Shown: piece by piece, positions 1 through 13,279 of the stretch
Layout: each line of letters begins with the position of its first letter
How positions within the stretch are numbered: position 1 is the stretch's first letter
NCBI RefSeq assembly: GCF_044704955.1
Contig: NC_091999.1
Span: forward strand, 40,424,001-40,488,000
Length of the DNA: 64,000 nt
Reading direction: 5' to 3'
DNA from: Pristiophorus japonicus
Taxonomy: Eukaryota
Position numbers and translations under genes: made by a program
The notes under the pieces: generated by a model
Seen by the model: only the letters and a program-made list of their open reading frames with translations
Databases searched by the model: none
Told to the model about the DNA's origin: nothing

Positions 1-2917
1 AGGCAAAAATCAAAAAGGGCCACATTGAAGCCAAATTATAAAGAGGCAAGGTTTGGTAAGATAACAAGCCTGAAGGCACTGTGCCTCAATGCGAGGAGTA
101 TTCGTAATAAGGTGGACAAATTAACTGCACAGGCAGCAATTAATGAATATGATGTAATTTGCATCACGGAGAAATGGCTCCAGGGTGACGAAGGCTGGGA
201 ACGCAACATCCAGGGATATTCACCAATCAGGAAGGATAGACAGAAAGGAAAAGCAGGTGGGGTGGCATTGCTGGTTGAAGAGTAAATTAACGCAATAGTA
301 AGGAAGGACATTCGCGTGGATTCTGTGTGGGTGGAGCTGCGGAATATCAAAAGGAAGAAAACGCTAGTGGGAGTTGTGTATCACCAAACAATAGTAGTGA
401 GTTTGGGGACAGCATCAAACAAGAAAGCAGGGATGTGTGCAATATAGGTACAGAAGTTTATTGGGCGACTTTAATCTACATATAGTTTGGACTAACCACA
501 CTGGTAGCAATACTGTGGAGGAGGATTTGCTGGAGTGTATACGGGATGTTTTACTTGACCAATATGTTGAGGAACCATCTGGAGGGCTGGCCATCCTAGA
601 CTGGTTGATGTGTAATGAGAAAGCACTAATTAGCAATCTTGTTGTGCGAGGCCCCTTGGGGAAGAGTAACCATAATAAGGTAGAATTCTTTGTTAAGGTG
701 GAGAGTGAAACAATTAATTCTGAGACTGCGGTCCTGAACTTAAGGAAAGGTAACTTCGATGGTATGAGACATGAATTGGCTAGAATAGACTGGGAAATGA
801 TGCTTAAAAGGGTTGAGGCCGATAGGCAATGGAAAACATTTAAAATCACATGGATGAACTTCAACAATTGGAAATCCCTGTCTGGAGAAAAAAAATAAAA
901 CGGGCAAGGTGGCTCAACCGTAGCTAACAAGGGAAATAAAGAATAGTGTTAAATCCAAGGAAGAGGCATATAAATTGGTCATAAAAAGCATCAACCTGAG
1001 GACGGGGAGAAATTGAGAATTCAGCAGAGGAGGACAAAGCGTTTAATTCGGAGGGGGAAAATAGAGTATGAGAGGAAGCTTGCTGGGAACATAAAAACTT
1101 CTATAGATATGTGAAGAGAAAAAGATTAGTGAAGGCAAACGTAGGTCCCTTGCAGTCAGATTCAGGTGAATTTATAATGGGGAAAAAAGAAACGGTCGAC
1201 CAGTTGAACAAATATTTTGGCTCTGCATTCACGAAGGAAGACACGCATAACCTTCTGGAAATAGTACGTGACCGAGGGGCTAGTGAGAAGCAGGAACTGA
1301 AGGAAATCCTTATTTGTGGGAAATTATGTTCGGAAAATTGGTGGGACTAAAGGTCGATAAATGCCCTGGGCCTGATGGTCTGCATCCCAGAATACTTAAG
1401 GAAGTGGCCCTAAAAATAGTGGATGCATTGGTGATCATTTTCTAACAGTCCATCAAGTCTAGATCAGTTCGTATGGACTGGAGGGTAGCGAATGTAACAC
1501 CACATTTTGAAAAAGGAGGGAGAGAGAAAACACGTAATTATAGACCAGTTAGCCTGAATATCAGTGGTGGGGAAAATGTTGGAATCAATTATTAAAGATG
1601 AAACAGCAGCACATTTGGAAAGCACTATCAGGATCGGTCCAAATCAGCATGGATTTATGAAAGGGAAATCATGCTTGACAAATCTTTTAGAATTTTGTGA
1701 GGATGTAATGAGTCGAGCGGACAGGGGAGAACCAGTGGATGTGGTGCAGTGGGACTTACAAAAGACTTTTGACAAGGTCCCACACAAGAGGTTGATATGC
1801 AAAATTAAAGCACATGGCATTGGAGGTATTGATGTGGATAGAGAACTGGTTGGCAGAGTCGGGATAAACGGTTCCTTTTCACAATGGCAGGCAGTGACTA
1901 GTTGGGTGCCGCAGGGCTCAGTGCTGGGACCCCAGTAATTTACAATATACATCAATGAATTAGATGAAAGAATTGTGCATAATATTTCCAATTTTGCAGA
2001 TGACATTCTGCTGGATGGCGTTGTGATATGTGCGGAGGATGCTAAGAGGGTTCAGAGTGACTTGGACAGGTTCGGTGAGTGGGCAATTGCGTGGCAGATT
2101 TCTGTAATAACGATAAATGTGAGGTTATGCACTTTGGTGGCAAAAACACGAAGGCAGAATATTATCTGAATGGCGACAGATTCGGAAAAGAGGAAGTGCA
2201 ACGAGATCCGGGTGTCATGGTACATCAGTCATTGAAGATTGGCATGCAGGTGCAGCAGACAGAAAGAAGGCAAATAGCATGTTGGCCCAATATCCTTGGG
2301 GATTTGAATATAGCAGCAGGGCGGTCTTGCCGCAGCTGTACAGGGCCTTGGTGAGGCCTCACCTGGAAAACTGTATTCAGTTTAGTTCTAATCTGAGGAA
2401 GGACGTTCTTGCTATTGAGGGAGTGCAGCGAAGGTTCACCAGACTGATTTCCGGGATGGCAGGACTGACATATGAGGAGAGATTGGATCGACTGCGTCTG
2501 TATTTACTGGAGTTTAGTAGAATGAGAGGGGACCTCAGAAACTTAAAATTCTGCATGGACTGGGCAAGTTGAATGCAGGAAGAACGTTCCCGATGTTGGG
2601 GAAGTCCAGAACAAGTGGTCACAGTCTAAGGACAAGGGATAAGCCATTTAGGACCGAGATGAGGAGAAACTTCTTCACTCAGAGAGTTGTTACCTGTGGA
2701 ATTCTCTTCCACAGAACGTTGTTGATGCCAGTTCATCAGATATATTCAAGCGGGAGTTGGATATGGCCCTTGAGGTAAAGGGATCAAGGAGTATGGAGCG
2801 AAAGCAGCAAAGGGGTACTGAGGTGAATGATCAGCCATTATCTTATTGAATGTTGGTGCAGGCTCGAAGGGGCGAATGGCCTATTCCTGCAACCTTTTTT
2901 CTATGTTTCTATGTTTC
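1..2917 (+). mobile_element. CR1-clade LINE, decayed ORF2 (AP endonuclease + reverse transcriptase) and 3' end
   Basis: Frameshifted ORFs carry LNARSIRNK, GGVALLV, GDFN (endonuclease) and [34 protein letters not shown] (RT). Ends in the (TTTCTATG)n tail at ~2898-2917. Confidence 0.93.
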
Positions 2918-5900
2918 ATGGTGCATGCATCTAATGGCCCAGTGTGCTGTGCCATTTCTTTCAACTGGGTGCTATTTATTGAAACTTTAACTCGCCCGCT
3001 TTGTATCTGATCCATATTGTGTCTCACCTGACCAATCATCCATCTACCATAGGCATGACATGTGTCTATTTTCCTGTCCTCGGCATCGTCCTCTCAATTC
3101 CTGCTTATTTTGCTCTTTAATTGTTCGTGCATGGCCTTCCAATACGGATACACCCTCTAGCATTTGTTTTGGATCTTTTAGATCCTAACTCTGAAGATTC
3201 TATCCCAATCCTGGCCTGTTTCCTGATTAGTACCTCCGTTGTTCCCCTCAAACTATCTACACGTGTCTGGATCGCCTGTATATCTGGTGCATTTACTAGA
3301 AATGTCCCTGTAAAGTTAATACGTCATTCGCTGTAAATCTCCTCTGTCTTCCTTCTTTGTGTCTCAGCTTCTTGTGTTACTCTCTTCCTCCTGATGTGTC
3401 ACTAGCTATTCTCAGGATTGTGTCTAGCAATCGTATTTACAACGCTTTAGTCTTGTGGCTAATTTTTTCTGGCAGGTATAGGGCTGATTCATTTATACTC
3501 ACAGGTAACATTTCATGCTGCACATTGTCAAATAACAACATTACTTCTGTTCGAGGTTTAACTACCAGGCAATTTCCCAAGTTTAATTCCCCTGGTTTAC
3601 AATATTCAGGTAACATTTTTTACACACTTATCTTATGGCTTCAAGACAAACGCTCCTGATACTTAGATGTCGCCCTCTAGAGGCTGATTTACGTAGTTGT
3701 TGTACCCTCCGCTGTGGTTAAATGCTTCTGGGCAACCTCGGGGCAGCCTTGTAGCTTGTCCTTGTACAATCTGAAGGATGGTGATGATCACGTTTATATT
3801 CCGTTGATAAAACACATCCTGGATATTCCAGGTTTTAGTTAGAGTCTTACCATTTCCATTTCAACCGGATTTTCCTTTCACTAGCCACTGTATTGGTTCT
3901 GCAATTGCTGTGGTTAGGCACAAAATTCCTGCAATAGCTAAAGAACCCCAGTACCTTACAAACCCCTCAGGCTGGTTTTGGTCGGGGCATAATCCTAATG
4001 TCCTCCTTCCTGTCATTGGAATGGTCCGAGTTCCTTGGGATATTTCATGTCCCAGGTACTGTACCACAGCTTGTCCGATTTGTGCCTTTTTGGGATTTAC
4101 TTTAAATCCTGCTTTCCGTTATCTTAAATGATTTTTCCATAACTGGAACAGAGTCTAGCACGGAGGCTTTGATTGTTGCTTTCCGTTATCTCAAATGTTC
4201 CAGTTTCAAAGCCTTTATGTCTCACTTTCTGTGGTTCTTCAATCACTGTATCTTAAGTCACAAGTTCAACTTATATTTTCCTTTGTTCTAAACTGCTAAA
4301 GCCTGCCGTTTTAACATTTAATTTTTTTCAAAATTCCTTTTAACTTTCGCAGATAGCTCCCCACTTGCCCAGGAGTTTGACCTGATCCCTGAAGGTATTT
4401 CGATATTGTTTTCAAACATTATAGTTTTATTTTTTTTTAATGAGATCAGATTTAACTTTTTATGTTAAATGTATTTCATTTTGTTGTGTATTTTCTTAAA
4501 CAGTGGTACTTGAAATATTCACAACAAAATTAACTATTCACTGCTCCCATCCTGATTTCTGCTCCCCTTTTGTAGTATTTGTATTTTTTGTTGGATTATG
4601 AAATGTCAAATATGGTAATACTGTTTTTTAATCGGACTTATCATTTATGCTTTGTAGTGATTCATAGATCACAGAATGCAAAGTACTTGTTTTATAATTA
4701 CGTGCCAAACTTCTGTTTTAGAAGATGAACATCAAAAACTCTAATCTTTTGCGTTGTAACTTCAATTTTGTGATACAGTATCTCATAAATTTAATCTTTT
4801 TGAGCTTCAGCGTCTGACGCAGTATGTTTACTTTTATTAAAAGTCTTTCCAAACCCAAGATTTTCCAATACAACCAAAATGTTTATCAAGGAGAATCACC
4901 AGAAATATCTCAAAATCCCAACTCAAATATGCCAATCTTTTATTTAAAAATCTTTTTACTGAGCTCGAAGCTTTCGTATCATGATTTTACAAAAAGAAAT
5001 ATGGGGGCGTACTTCCCAAGCACGCAGCCTTGAGACACCCATGCAGGATTCTTTTTTAAGGCATTACAATTTACCTTCTCCATTCTTTATCTCGTTCCTA
5101 GACTAAATGTATTGTCTTTCAAACAAATGTAATCAATGATTACATGTTTTCTTTTGACAAATGAGCGTGTCGAAATTTTTTTTTTAAACCATCGGGACCA
5201 CACATTTTTTATCTTTTGCTCAACAAACCTATCCTTTGTGCATTTCCTAGCTCCATAACATATCATCTGAATAAATCCACACCTGGGTTTCTAAATTAAA
5301 ATGTAATTCAATTCTAGGTTCACACTTTCTTAAAACTTCCTTCATACAGGACAACACTGCAAAGGGTTAAAACAAATTAACTCTGTCTGAAAAAGTGGTT
5401 GGGGCCATAACAACAGATAGCTCTACCACTTTCTGAAGCAGGCTTTCAGACACATGAAAAATTCATTAACTCCCAACTCAAATATTCCGAAGTCCAAAAT
5501 CACACAAGCACTTTCATTCAAAGACAGACAATCCCAAAAATCTCTCTTCATTCAACAAAGCTTATTGTTTGGCCGGCTCTATTTTTGTATCCATACTTCA
5601 CTTAAGAAAGTCATAATAGTTTTTGTTGTGGACTTCGGGAAAATATCTACTAAGCGAGCCTTCTGGCCCCAATCATTACTTTATTTTCCTCAGGTCCTAA
5701 TCATAACCCTATTAGTGGGGGATACAAATTTGGGCCAAATTCCTCTGTCCATTCCCTTCTGTCATCTATATCTATTTTTATACTTACATCCTGTGGTCTT
5801 TTGTCACTTTCTCTGTCCATCTCACCTTCGGGTATCTTTCTATTCATCTTTTCGGCTTTTAAAATGATCTTTTTCCCTTCATCACATCCTGCCTTAACCA

Positions 5901-6336
5901 TCTTCATGAGCTTTTCAGATTTATCTCTCAGAAACTATTCTGGTAGTTTATACCTCAGCCGTCCAAGGGCCTTGGCAGATTCCTTTGCCATTTCATACAT
6001 TGGGGCTTTTTCCCCAGTTCCTGTTTTACCATCTTTACTTAAGCAGAACTTTTTAAACCAAGGCTTTTTACCTAGTGCTGTTTTTCCGCTTTTACTTATG
6101 TGGGACTATTTACACTGAAGCTCTTTTCCTGTATACGTACTTTTTGTACCAAAACTTACAGTCTTTATTTACAGTGTCCTGACGCGCCCCTCAACTGGAT
6201 TTACTGGCTGCATGGACTCTACCTCAGATTCGTTGGATCTCTCGTTACTTTGCGAGGAGAATTTCTCAAGGTAATTCTCTACTCACTTGTTATTCGGTTG
6301 GTTTGGCTTTTTGAGTCTAATCTGCCCATCCAGTAG

Positions 6337-6354
6337 ATCCTGCTGACTGCGCCA
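6337..6354 (-). promoter_or_regulatory. Primer-binding site, tRNA-Ser-like
   Basis: Minus strand TGGCGCAGTCAGCAGGAT, 3 nt from the LTR end (...CTAACA). Close to the complement of a vertebrate tRNA-Ser 3' end (TGGCGTAGTCGGCAGGAT). Confidence 0.75.
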
Positions 6355-6357
6355 CGT

Positions 6358-6845
6358 TGTTAGAGTTAACTTCAAACCATACTCGGAGTCCATTTGCCTT
6401 AAAGTAAATGCAGTTTTTATTCATAAAAGATACAAGCTGCCAGTTGAGCTATCCTTGAATGAATGCTCAGAGAAACTGCCAGAGACATCTTATTTTATAC
6501 AGTTTCAGATTATAGTCTTACTTAATTATGCAAGTTACAATTAATATGTGCTGATTGATTAATACATGATTATCTGGTAGGTTGCTTCCTCCAATCAGGC
6601 CTCTATATGTTTAATTAGTAATTCAGGATACATGTTGTTATGATTCTTTTTACTTAACTTGTATCTTATGACAGAATTCAAATTCTATGTTATCTGTGTC
6701 TGTGCCCAGCTCCCAAGGCCTTTGCTCTATGAATTGGAACATCTGCTCCTCTGTGGAAGGCATCCCACACATGCTTCTCACAATCTGAAGAACAGGCTGT
6801 GGGATCCATTTTAAAAATCTGTTAACTCCATTTTAAAACATCACA
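6358..6845 (-). mobile_element. 5' LTR of ERV-A (~490 bp)
   Basis: TG...CA termini on the minus strand (TGTGATG...CTAACA), TATAAAA at ~6493-6499 and AATAAA at ~6416-6421. The 6845 end is inferred. Confidence 0.65.
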
Positions 6846-6869
6846 ATTATTATTATTAATTGGAATTAC

Positions 6870-8400
6870 GATTTGTCATCTGCCCTTTCAGTCTATTATG
6901 GGATATCTTATCGAAGGCCTTTGGAAATCTAGATAAATTACATCTACTACATTACGTTAGTTTACGCTATCTGTTACTTCTTCGAAAAATTCAAATAATT
7001 TGGTCAATTCAAGACTTTCCCTTTTATAATCCATGCTGACTATTCATTTTTGGATTCTAGTTGTTCTTCCACTTTCTCCTTTAGTAGGGAATCCATTATT
7101 TATCCTCCCAACGACGTTAAGTTAACTGGACTATAGTTCCTCAGACACGTTCTACCTCACTTCTTAAAAATTGGTATTACATTAGGTATCTGCCAATCCT
7201 CTGGCACTGCACTTTATTCTAGCGAAATAATGAATATGTTTATTAATGCCTCTGCTATCTCTTCCCTCGATGTAATTTGTCCGAAGCCGGCATTTTATCC
7301 ATTTTCGGTTTGATTAGTTTATATAATATTTTACTCTTGTTATTTTAAATGCAGTTATTTCATTTCTAATATCATCCAATATCATGTCCACATGTGTTGA
7401 CTCCCTGATAAATACTGATGCAAAGTAGTTGTTTAATATTTCTTCCTATCTCTGTCTGTGGACAACATTGTGAGCCACGTACCTTGGTATGTATTGTGGA
7501 TGTCCTCCACGCAATCTTTATCCCTATCGTTGGGCAGGAGCATTGTCTCATTCTCAGCCTCTCCTCAGTTCTCGCCACACGACACCCAATCAGCCACGGA
7601 CTTTCCTGAACCTGCGCTTTTCTGTGGGATGTGACTGTTTTCTGGATTAAATCACTCCTCCTGTGTGTTTCAGAGTGTGTCGAACTCGCACTCCAGCCCA
7701 ATTACCCTGAGCCAGAGCGAATAAAGAATACACATTTATTGCAGATGTGGGAATGTGGGACAGATTTGATGTCCACAAACTCACACACACTACAGTCTCG
7801 TCTCATTGCCTACCCTGCCATCTTTAGTTATTTTTTATAAATTTATTTGCTTATTACACACTGAATTAATTTAATTACTTAGTTTTTATTCAATGGTTAT
7901 TTATAATTATATTAATTAATTAGTAATTATAGTTAAATTATTAATTTAATAAAGTATTGTTATTGCTCCCAGGTCTTAGTGTGGACCAAGCTTCGAGAAA
8001 AAAGGTAATACTCTCCAAACGTTCATCAACCTGCTGTATTTTGGAGGCCAAAGCAGCACCTCCTTCAACCACTGTTCCCATTCAAACTCTCACCAAATTC
8101 CGTTTAATATCACTGTGCAGAACACACTGTGCATCAGCAGTTAGTGTTTAGTTTTATATCTTTGGAGCCACACACAAGTTACAAGTGCTGTCTCAGCTCC
8201 ATGCCCATTGCTCGCAGTAATTAGCACATATTTAAGACTAACACTTACAGCTGACTGATAGTTAACTACCACTAACAGGCAGTTTCTGCTAACTTCTGTA
8301 TTTAAAGTTCTAAGTTCAATTCAAAACGTTAATCGAAATGTCCCTTTTTACAGCTAATACTCAGCCAGACTCACCACGGACTTACCACTGAATCTCACTT
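6870..8400 (-). mobile_element. CR1 fragments (RT piece plus ORF1/5' region)
   Basis: Minus strand encodes [18 protein letters not shown]-like RT at ~6900-6940. An ORF1 zinc-finger-like Cys cluster lies at ~7680-7810. Confidence 0.6.
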
Positions 8401-9565
8401 TCTCTACGTTCCCAAGTTTAAAACTCTCTTTGTGCACTCCGTTTAAGATCATGATGTGGTGATAGAGTAAGCTCTGACATGCTTTGCTGGGCCGAAAGGG
8501 TCGGGGTGGGGAAGGTCGCTCTGTAAATTTGCAGTCCACAGGCAGATGGGCTGCTAACTCCCAGCACCCCCAGGGAAACCTCAGGGGAACAGCCTCAGAC
8601 CAGTTTGCAGCCGCGCGCACCGAATGGCCTATTTCTCTGCTGCAGACATTAAGTAACTGTATGTAAAGTAATGTGTGAAGGAGAAGGGATGTCTGAAATG
8701 CAATTTTGGGTCAACCACAGACCAGGGCATGGTCAGAAGGGCAGGTCTGTGATGTCACAATACTCAGGCACAGTGTCATGTGAGTTTCCCTGCTTTATTA
8801 CATCACACATACTGCAATACCGAGCAACAAAGCTCGTTACCACCCTCCCTGAACACTGCATATTATGGGCTATGTTTAGCAAGGAGATTTTACAGAGAGT
8901 GAGGAGGAGCTGAGTTTAATGTGTGTTGAGTGTGTGCGGGGAACACTTCATCCTGCAGCTCACCGCATTGTTCAGGCAAACTTACAAAGGAATGTTATAG
9001 TTGTGAATTTCACTGGAATATACTTCGTCTGCAGGAGGCCCGTTAATCCCAAAGGTAGATTTTCTGAAACAAGGATACGTCGCTATCACCGGGCGCTGGG
9101 GCTGCTCAGGTTAAACCCCACTGGGAGAAAAACACAAGGAGCCTGCAAAAGGATGAAAGCACTGACCTTTGAGCCTTTGAAACCTTGCCTCCCTGGCTGT
9201 TGTTTGGTCCCAGGCCATTTCCCCCCAGCTTTCCCTGGGAGTGCTGGGGACTGAGCGGCCCTTCCGCCCGTGGACTGAAAAGTAACAGAGCCACCTTCCC
9301 CGTGCCGCTCCCTTTGGGTAAACACATCTGACACGAGCCTGGCGGTCGGGAGCTTTATAAACCCGTCCGAGACCGCAGCAGACGTCTTAGCGGGGATAAA
9401 ACCTGCAGGAGTCCAGCGGGACTGATCTCCGTGGACTTCCCCACCTCTACCATTTTTGTGAGTCGCTGAATCCGCGCAGTGAAAGATCAAAACATGCCTC
9501 ACTCTGTGTATATCACAGAGATGAGCGGATTGGGCAGAACACCCGCCCAAAACATTGTGTGATTC

Positions 9566-10467
9566 TTATAATTTAATGCATTTAACAATTACAGTAAAGG
9601 GATATTTCACCACATTCTTCAACTCCTCTCTGAATTTCGTCTGGGTCACGGCATAAGTACATGTGTTGGTGCAGCAACTCAGGAGCTGAAGCATTAATCC
9701 CATTTCCTGTACATATCTAGGTAGAGATACAGGAATAACGTTTAACGAATACAATCGTTCAACCACAGAATACAACAGAAACACTGCCCATAAGATGATA
9801 AAATTGCCGGATATAACAAACAGTAATATGATGGATTTCCTTCGCTTCTCCATCTCTGGGTCACTGGGATTCTCCCCACTGCTGTGGGCCCTGAGTCTCC
9901 TGCGGGCTCTGCTCGACACTAAAACGTGTCTGACAGTTAAAGTATTGAGCAGAAGGATCAGAACAAATGGAATAAACGGTGTTATAATATAATGAAGGAA
10001 TTCAATTACTGCCCATGATACTGACTCATAGACTTCCAATCGAACAAAACAAAACCAGGGACTATTGGAAATATTATACATACCTCCTTACATAAAGTAC
10101 CAGAAAGTGTTCTTTACACAGAACAGCGCACTCACTGTTCCCACAGCCACAGTCGCCGTTTTCTCGGTGCAGTATTTGGTTTTGAGCTTCTGACAACAAA
10201 TGGCTATACATCGATCAAAGGTAAAAGCAACTGTGAACCAGACGGAACAGTCCGTGACTGCGTAAAGCAGGATGGCATGGATATTACAAACATTAACCTT
10301 CCACATGAACACAAACACGGTTGAATAACGAATAGCAATCTGCCTGAATATCAGGTCGAGGATAACGACCAGTAGATCCGCCGCTGCCATTGCCACCAGG
10401 TAACGGGTGACACACTTGGAGAGACCGCACCTTCCTTGAGACAGGATCATTATCGTCACTAAGTTCA
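9566..10467 (-). pseudogene. Orphan rhodopsin-class GPCR (GPR139/GPR142-like), exon 2; one in-frame stop
   Basis: ORFs 10088-10468 and 9566-10081 are in the same frame, separated by TAA at 10088-10090 (WYFM*GGMYN). 7TM motifs: YLVAMAAADLL (TM2), TFDRCIAIC (DRY variant), PFIPFVLILLLN (TM5), LLSCCTNTCTY (TM7). Acceptor ttcttacag| at 10468. Confidence 0.88.
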
Positions 10468-10954
10468 CTGTAAGAAAGAGAAAAAGAGGGAATTTATATT
10501 TCAGATTGAGAGCAACAACAGCTGTCTCAAAGTATTATGTGTGAAATGAGTCAGGATTATATGAACCAGCCATTGGGACTTGTGGTATTTGGGTCAGGAC
10601 TGATGAAATCATCGGATGAGACGTGTGCTGTTTGGGACAGGACTGATTACACCAGCGGATGGGATGTGTGGTGTTTGGCACAGTTATTGAAAGAACCACT
10701 ATATGGGACGTGTGGGTGTTGGCTCTGGACTGAATGTGCCAGTGTATGGGATGTTTGGGTGTTGTGACAGGGAGTGAATGAAGCGGTGGATGTGATGTGT
10801 GGGTGCTGGGTCATGACTGAAAGAATTAATGTATTGGACTTTTGCCAGGTGGATAAAGCTCCGAATGAGACTCTGATATCACGCCATATCCAAGTCAGAG
10901 GGAGCAATAATTCAGCACAATAAGCCGCGAATTTGTGAACAGCCTGCGAACATT

Positions 10955-11245
10955 GAGGGGAATAGAGTCATTTTCCAGGGATGGGAATGTAGTATGGGGA
11001 CAGCGAGGGGGATGAAATCTGTGTCCAGGGAGGAGAATGTAATTGGGGGCCAAGGGAGGGAATGCAGTCTGTGGCCAAGGAAAGGAATGGAGTCTGTGAC
11101 AGGGAGGGGAATGGAGTATGTGGCCAAGGAGAGGAATCGATTCTTTGTCCACGAAGGGGAATCGAATCTGTGTACAGTGAGGGGAATGGAGTCTGTGGCC
11201 AAGTTGGGGAATGAAATCTGTGGCTGAGAGGGGAATGCAGTCTTT
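10955..11245. repeat. Degenerate ~24-25 bp minisatellite in the GPCR intron
   Basis: Recurrent GGAATGGAGTCTGTGGCCAAGG at spacings of 24-25 bp. Confidence 0.75.
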
Positions 11246-12219
11246 GGCGAGGTTACTGCGGTTGTGTCGTAAGCTGAAGAAGATGACTTGAAATGTATTA
11301 TGTGTCGAAATCAGAACCTTTCCAACCATTGTTTTGAAAGTACACTTTGTAACTGGCTTAAGCTGACTTTCCACGAATATTGCAAATAATCTTTAAAGAA
11401 GGGACTGTCGCTTTACGAACGTGTCTGTTTACATCTGGAACTGTGTCAACCAACTGCCTTTCACCTGGTGTGAGTAAATTACAGACTTCCAGTTGACAGA
11501 GAGAGTTTGAGACTGGAAATATCAAAATATTTCACAATATAGTGCTCCATTTTGAATAGTTGCTACCGTGCGGCCCACCCCGAGCTCTCCGGAACTGTGG
11601 CTGAATAAGGGAAATAAATCAATTCAAACACAACTGAATAAACATTTTACTGGAAGACGTATTGCAGTTTTAACCCTGTCCTGATCATCTGGAATTAGTC
11701 ATTGTGAGGCAGAGCGGGAGGCGGTGGAAATTACGACAACTGTCTAAAGCTGAATCATTAGTGAATAATGTCTCATATCTCAGTGTATTTGTGAAGGATC
11801 TCTCAACGCTGATTTCCACAGATCAGTGTCATTAACAATAACCAGTGGACCTTAAAACACTTGTTGCCGCTGAACACATATTTATTATCCAACACTGGGC
11901 ATCAGTGCAGAAAGCTGATCGCAAGCTGTTCAATAATATAATCGTTCACTAACATATCTGTGTCAATAAAATCAAATTTCTCTCAAATCCTGTAAACCAC
12001 TATCACTGGAAGCAAGTTGTGGAAACAACATACTGTTCATTGAACTGGGAGCAGCGAATTAACAAACGATCAAACATTACATGACAGAAACTTCTTTGCA
12101 TTGCCAGACAAAGAACAAGAGGGTTAAATTGAATACAATTAATAACTAGAACTAAAGGACAAGGACAGCAAATACAGAGAAACATGGGTTACATAAATTA
12201 TTGCAGATGAAGGACTCAC

Positions 12220-12340
12220 CAGGAACACCAACAGCAGCGAGGAGCGGGTAATAAATACGTTCTACATCCAAAAGTGCCCACAGGATCCAAAGCTCAGTTG
12301 GAATCTCCCAGAACATGACTTGACTTTCTGTGAGCTCCAA
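12220..12340 (-). pseudogene. GPCR exon 1 (N-terminus and first half of TM1)
   Basis: Encodes ...MFWEIPTELWILWALLDVERIYYPLLAAVGVP, with donor G|gtgagt at 12219. Phase-1 splice to exon 2 gives GVP-VNLVTI. First ATG at 12316; upstream in-frame TTG at 12340. Confidence 0.8.
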
Positions 12341-12406
12341 TGAGCGCTGTTCGTTTTAAACAACAACTTCAGTCAAACATTGCTGTATAGACTGAAAACA
12401 AATACC

Positions 12407-12414
12407 TATTTATA
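12407..12414 (-). promoter_or_regulatory. TATA box of the GPCR gene
   Basis: GGCTATAAATAGG on the minus strand ~70-90 bp upstream of the candidate start codons. Confidence 0.5.
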
Positions 12415-12774
12415 GCCTGAGGGAACTCTCCAGTGAGACAATTAAACTGCATACTGAAGGATATTAATCACAGTCACTGAATAAACAAGTTGTCCGAACC
12501 TTTTCTTTGCATCACTTTCAATTGCAAAATATCTTAAAAGCAACGTGGCTTTCAGATCAAAAAACTTTATCCAAAACCAAGCACTATTGGTAAAAGCAGA
12601 AATAGTTAACTCCACAGAATCACAGCATGCATGTGAAGGGAGCAGCTTCATTTAGGGAGTTTCTATTATTACTGAGATGTAAAATAGCTCTGTAATTTCA
12701 GATTTTCAATTCACTTCTCGGGGTAACACAAGTGAAATAAAACAAATGGAAGGATAGAGGCAGGCTAAGTAAAT

Positions 12775-13210
12775 GTCAGTAACATACACGGGGACTGACA
12801 GTACAGTTCAAATTAAGGATACATGGGGACTGATAATACAGTGGTTAGTAAGGGTACATGGGGCAGATAATATATTGGTCAATAATGGTACATGAGGACT
12901 GATAATACAATTGTCAGTAAGGGTACATGGGGACTGATAATACAGTGGTTAGTAAGGGTACATGGGGACTGATAATACAATCGTCAGTAAGCGTACATGG
13001 TGACTGTTAATATAATTGTGAGTAAGGATACATGGGGACAGATAATACAGTGGTCAGTAAGGGGACATGGTGCAGATAATATATTGGTCAGTAACGGTTC
13101 ATGGGGACAGATAATACAGTGGTCAGTCAGGGCACATGGGGACAGATAACATATTGGTCAGTAAGGATACGCGTGTGCTATTATTACAATGGTCATTAAG
13201 GATTCATGGC
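12775..13210. repeat. 35-bp tandem repeat (~12 copies)
   Basis: Unit GGGACTGATAATACAGTGGTCAGTAAGGGTACATG; e.g. GATAAT at 12901 and 12936. Confidence 0.9.
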
Positions 13211-13279
13211 GACCGATGCCATACTGACAGTCACACGCCATCAAATCGTTTATTTTCCTCAGAGCAGGGAATGTAGAGA

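Larger units (their letters stand above)
2930..6845 (-). mobile_element. Decayed endogenous retrovirus ERV-A: 5' LTR, PBS, gag/pol/env remnants, 3' part missing
   Basis: Pol fragment GFKVNPKKAQIGQAVVQYLGHEISQG at ~3860-4120. PBS adjacent to an LTR (next two features). The 3' side abuts the CR1 at 1-2917. Confidence 0.75.

Noticed and set aside
2930-6845. ERV-A as the missing 3' half of ERV-C
   Set aside because: ERV-A has its own LTR and a Ser-type PBS, unlike the Arg-type PBS and LTR of ERV-C.
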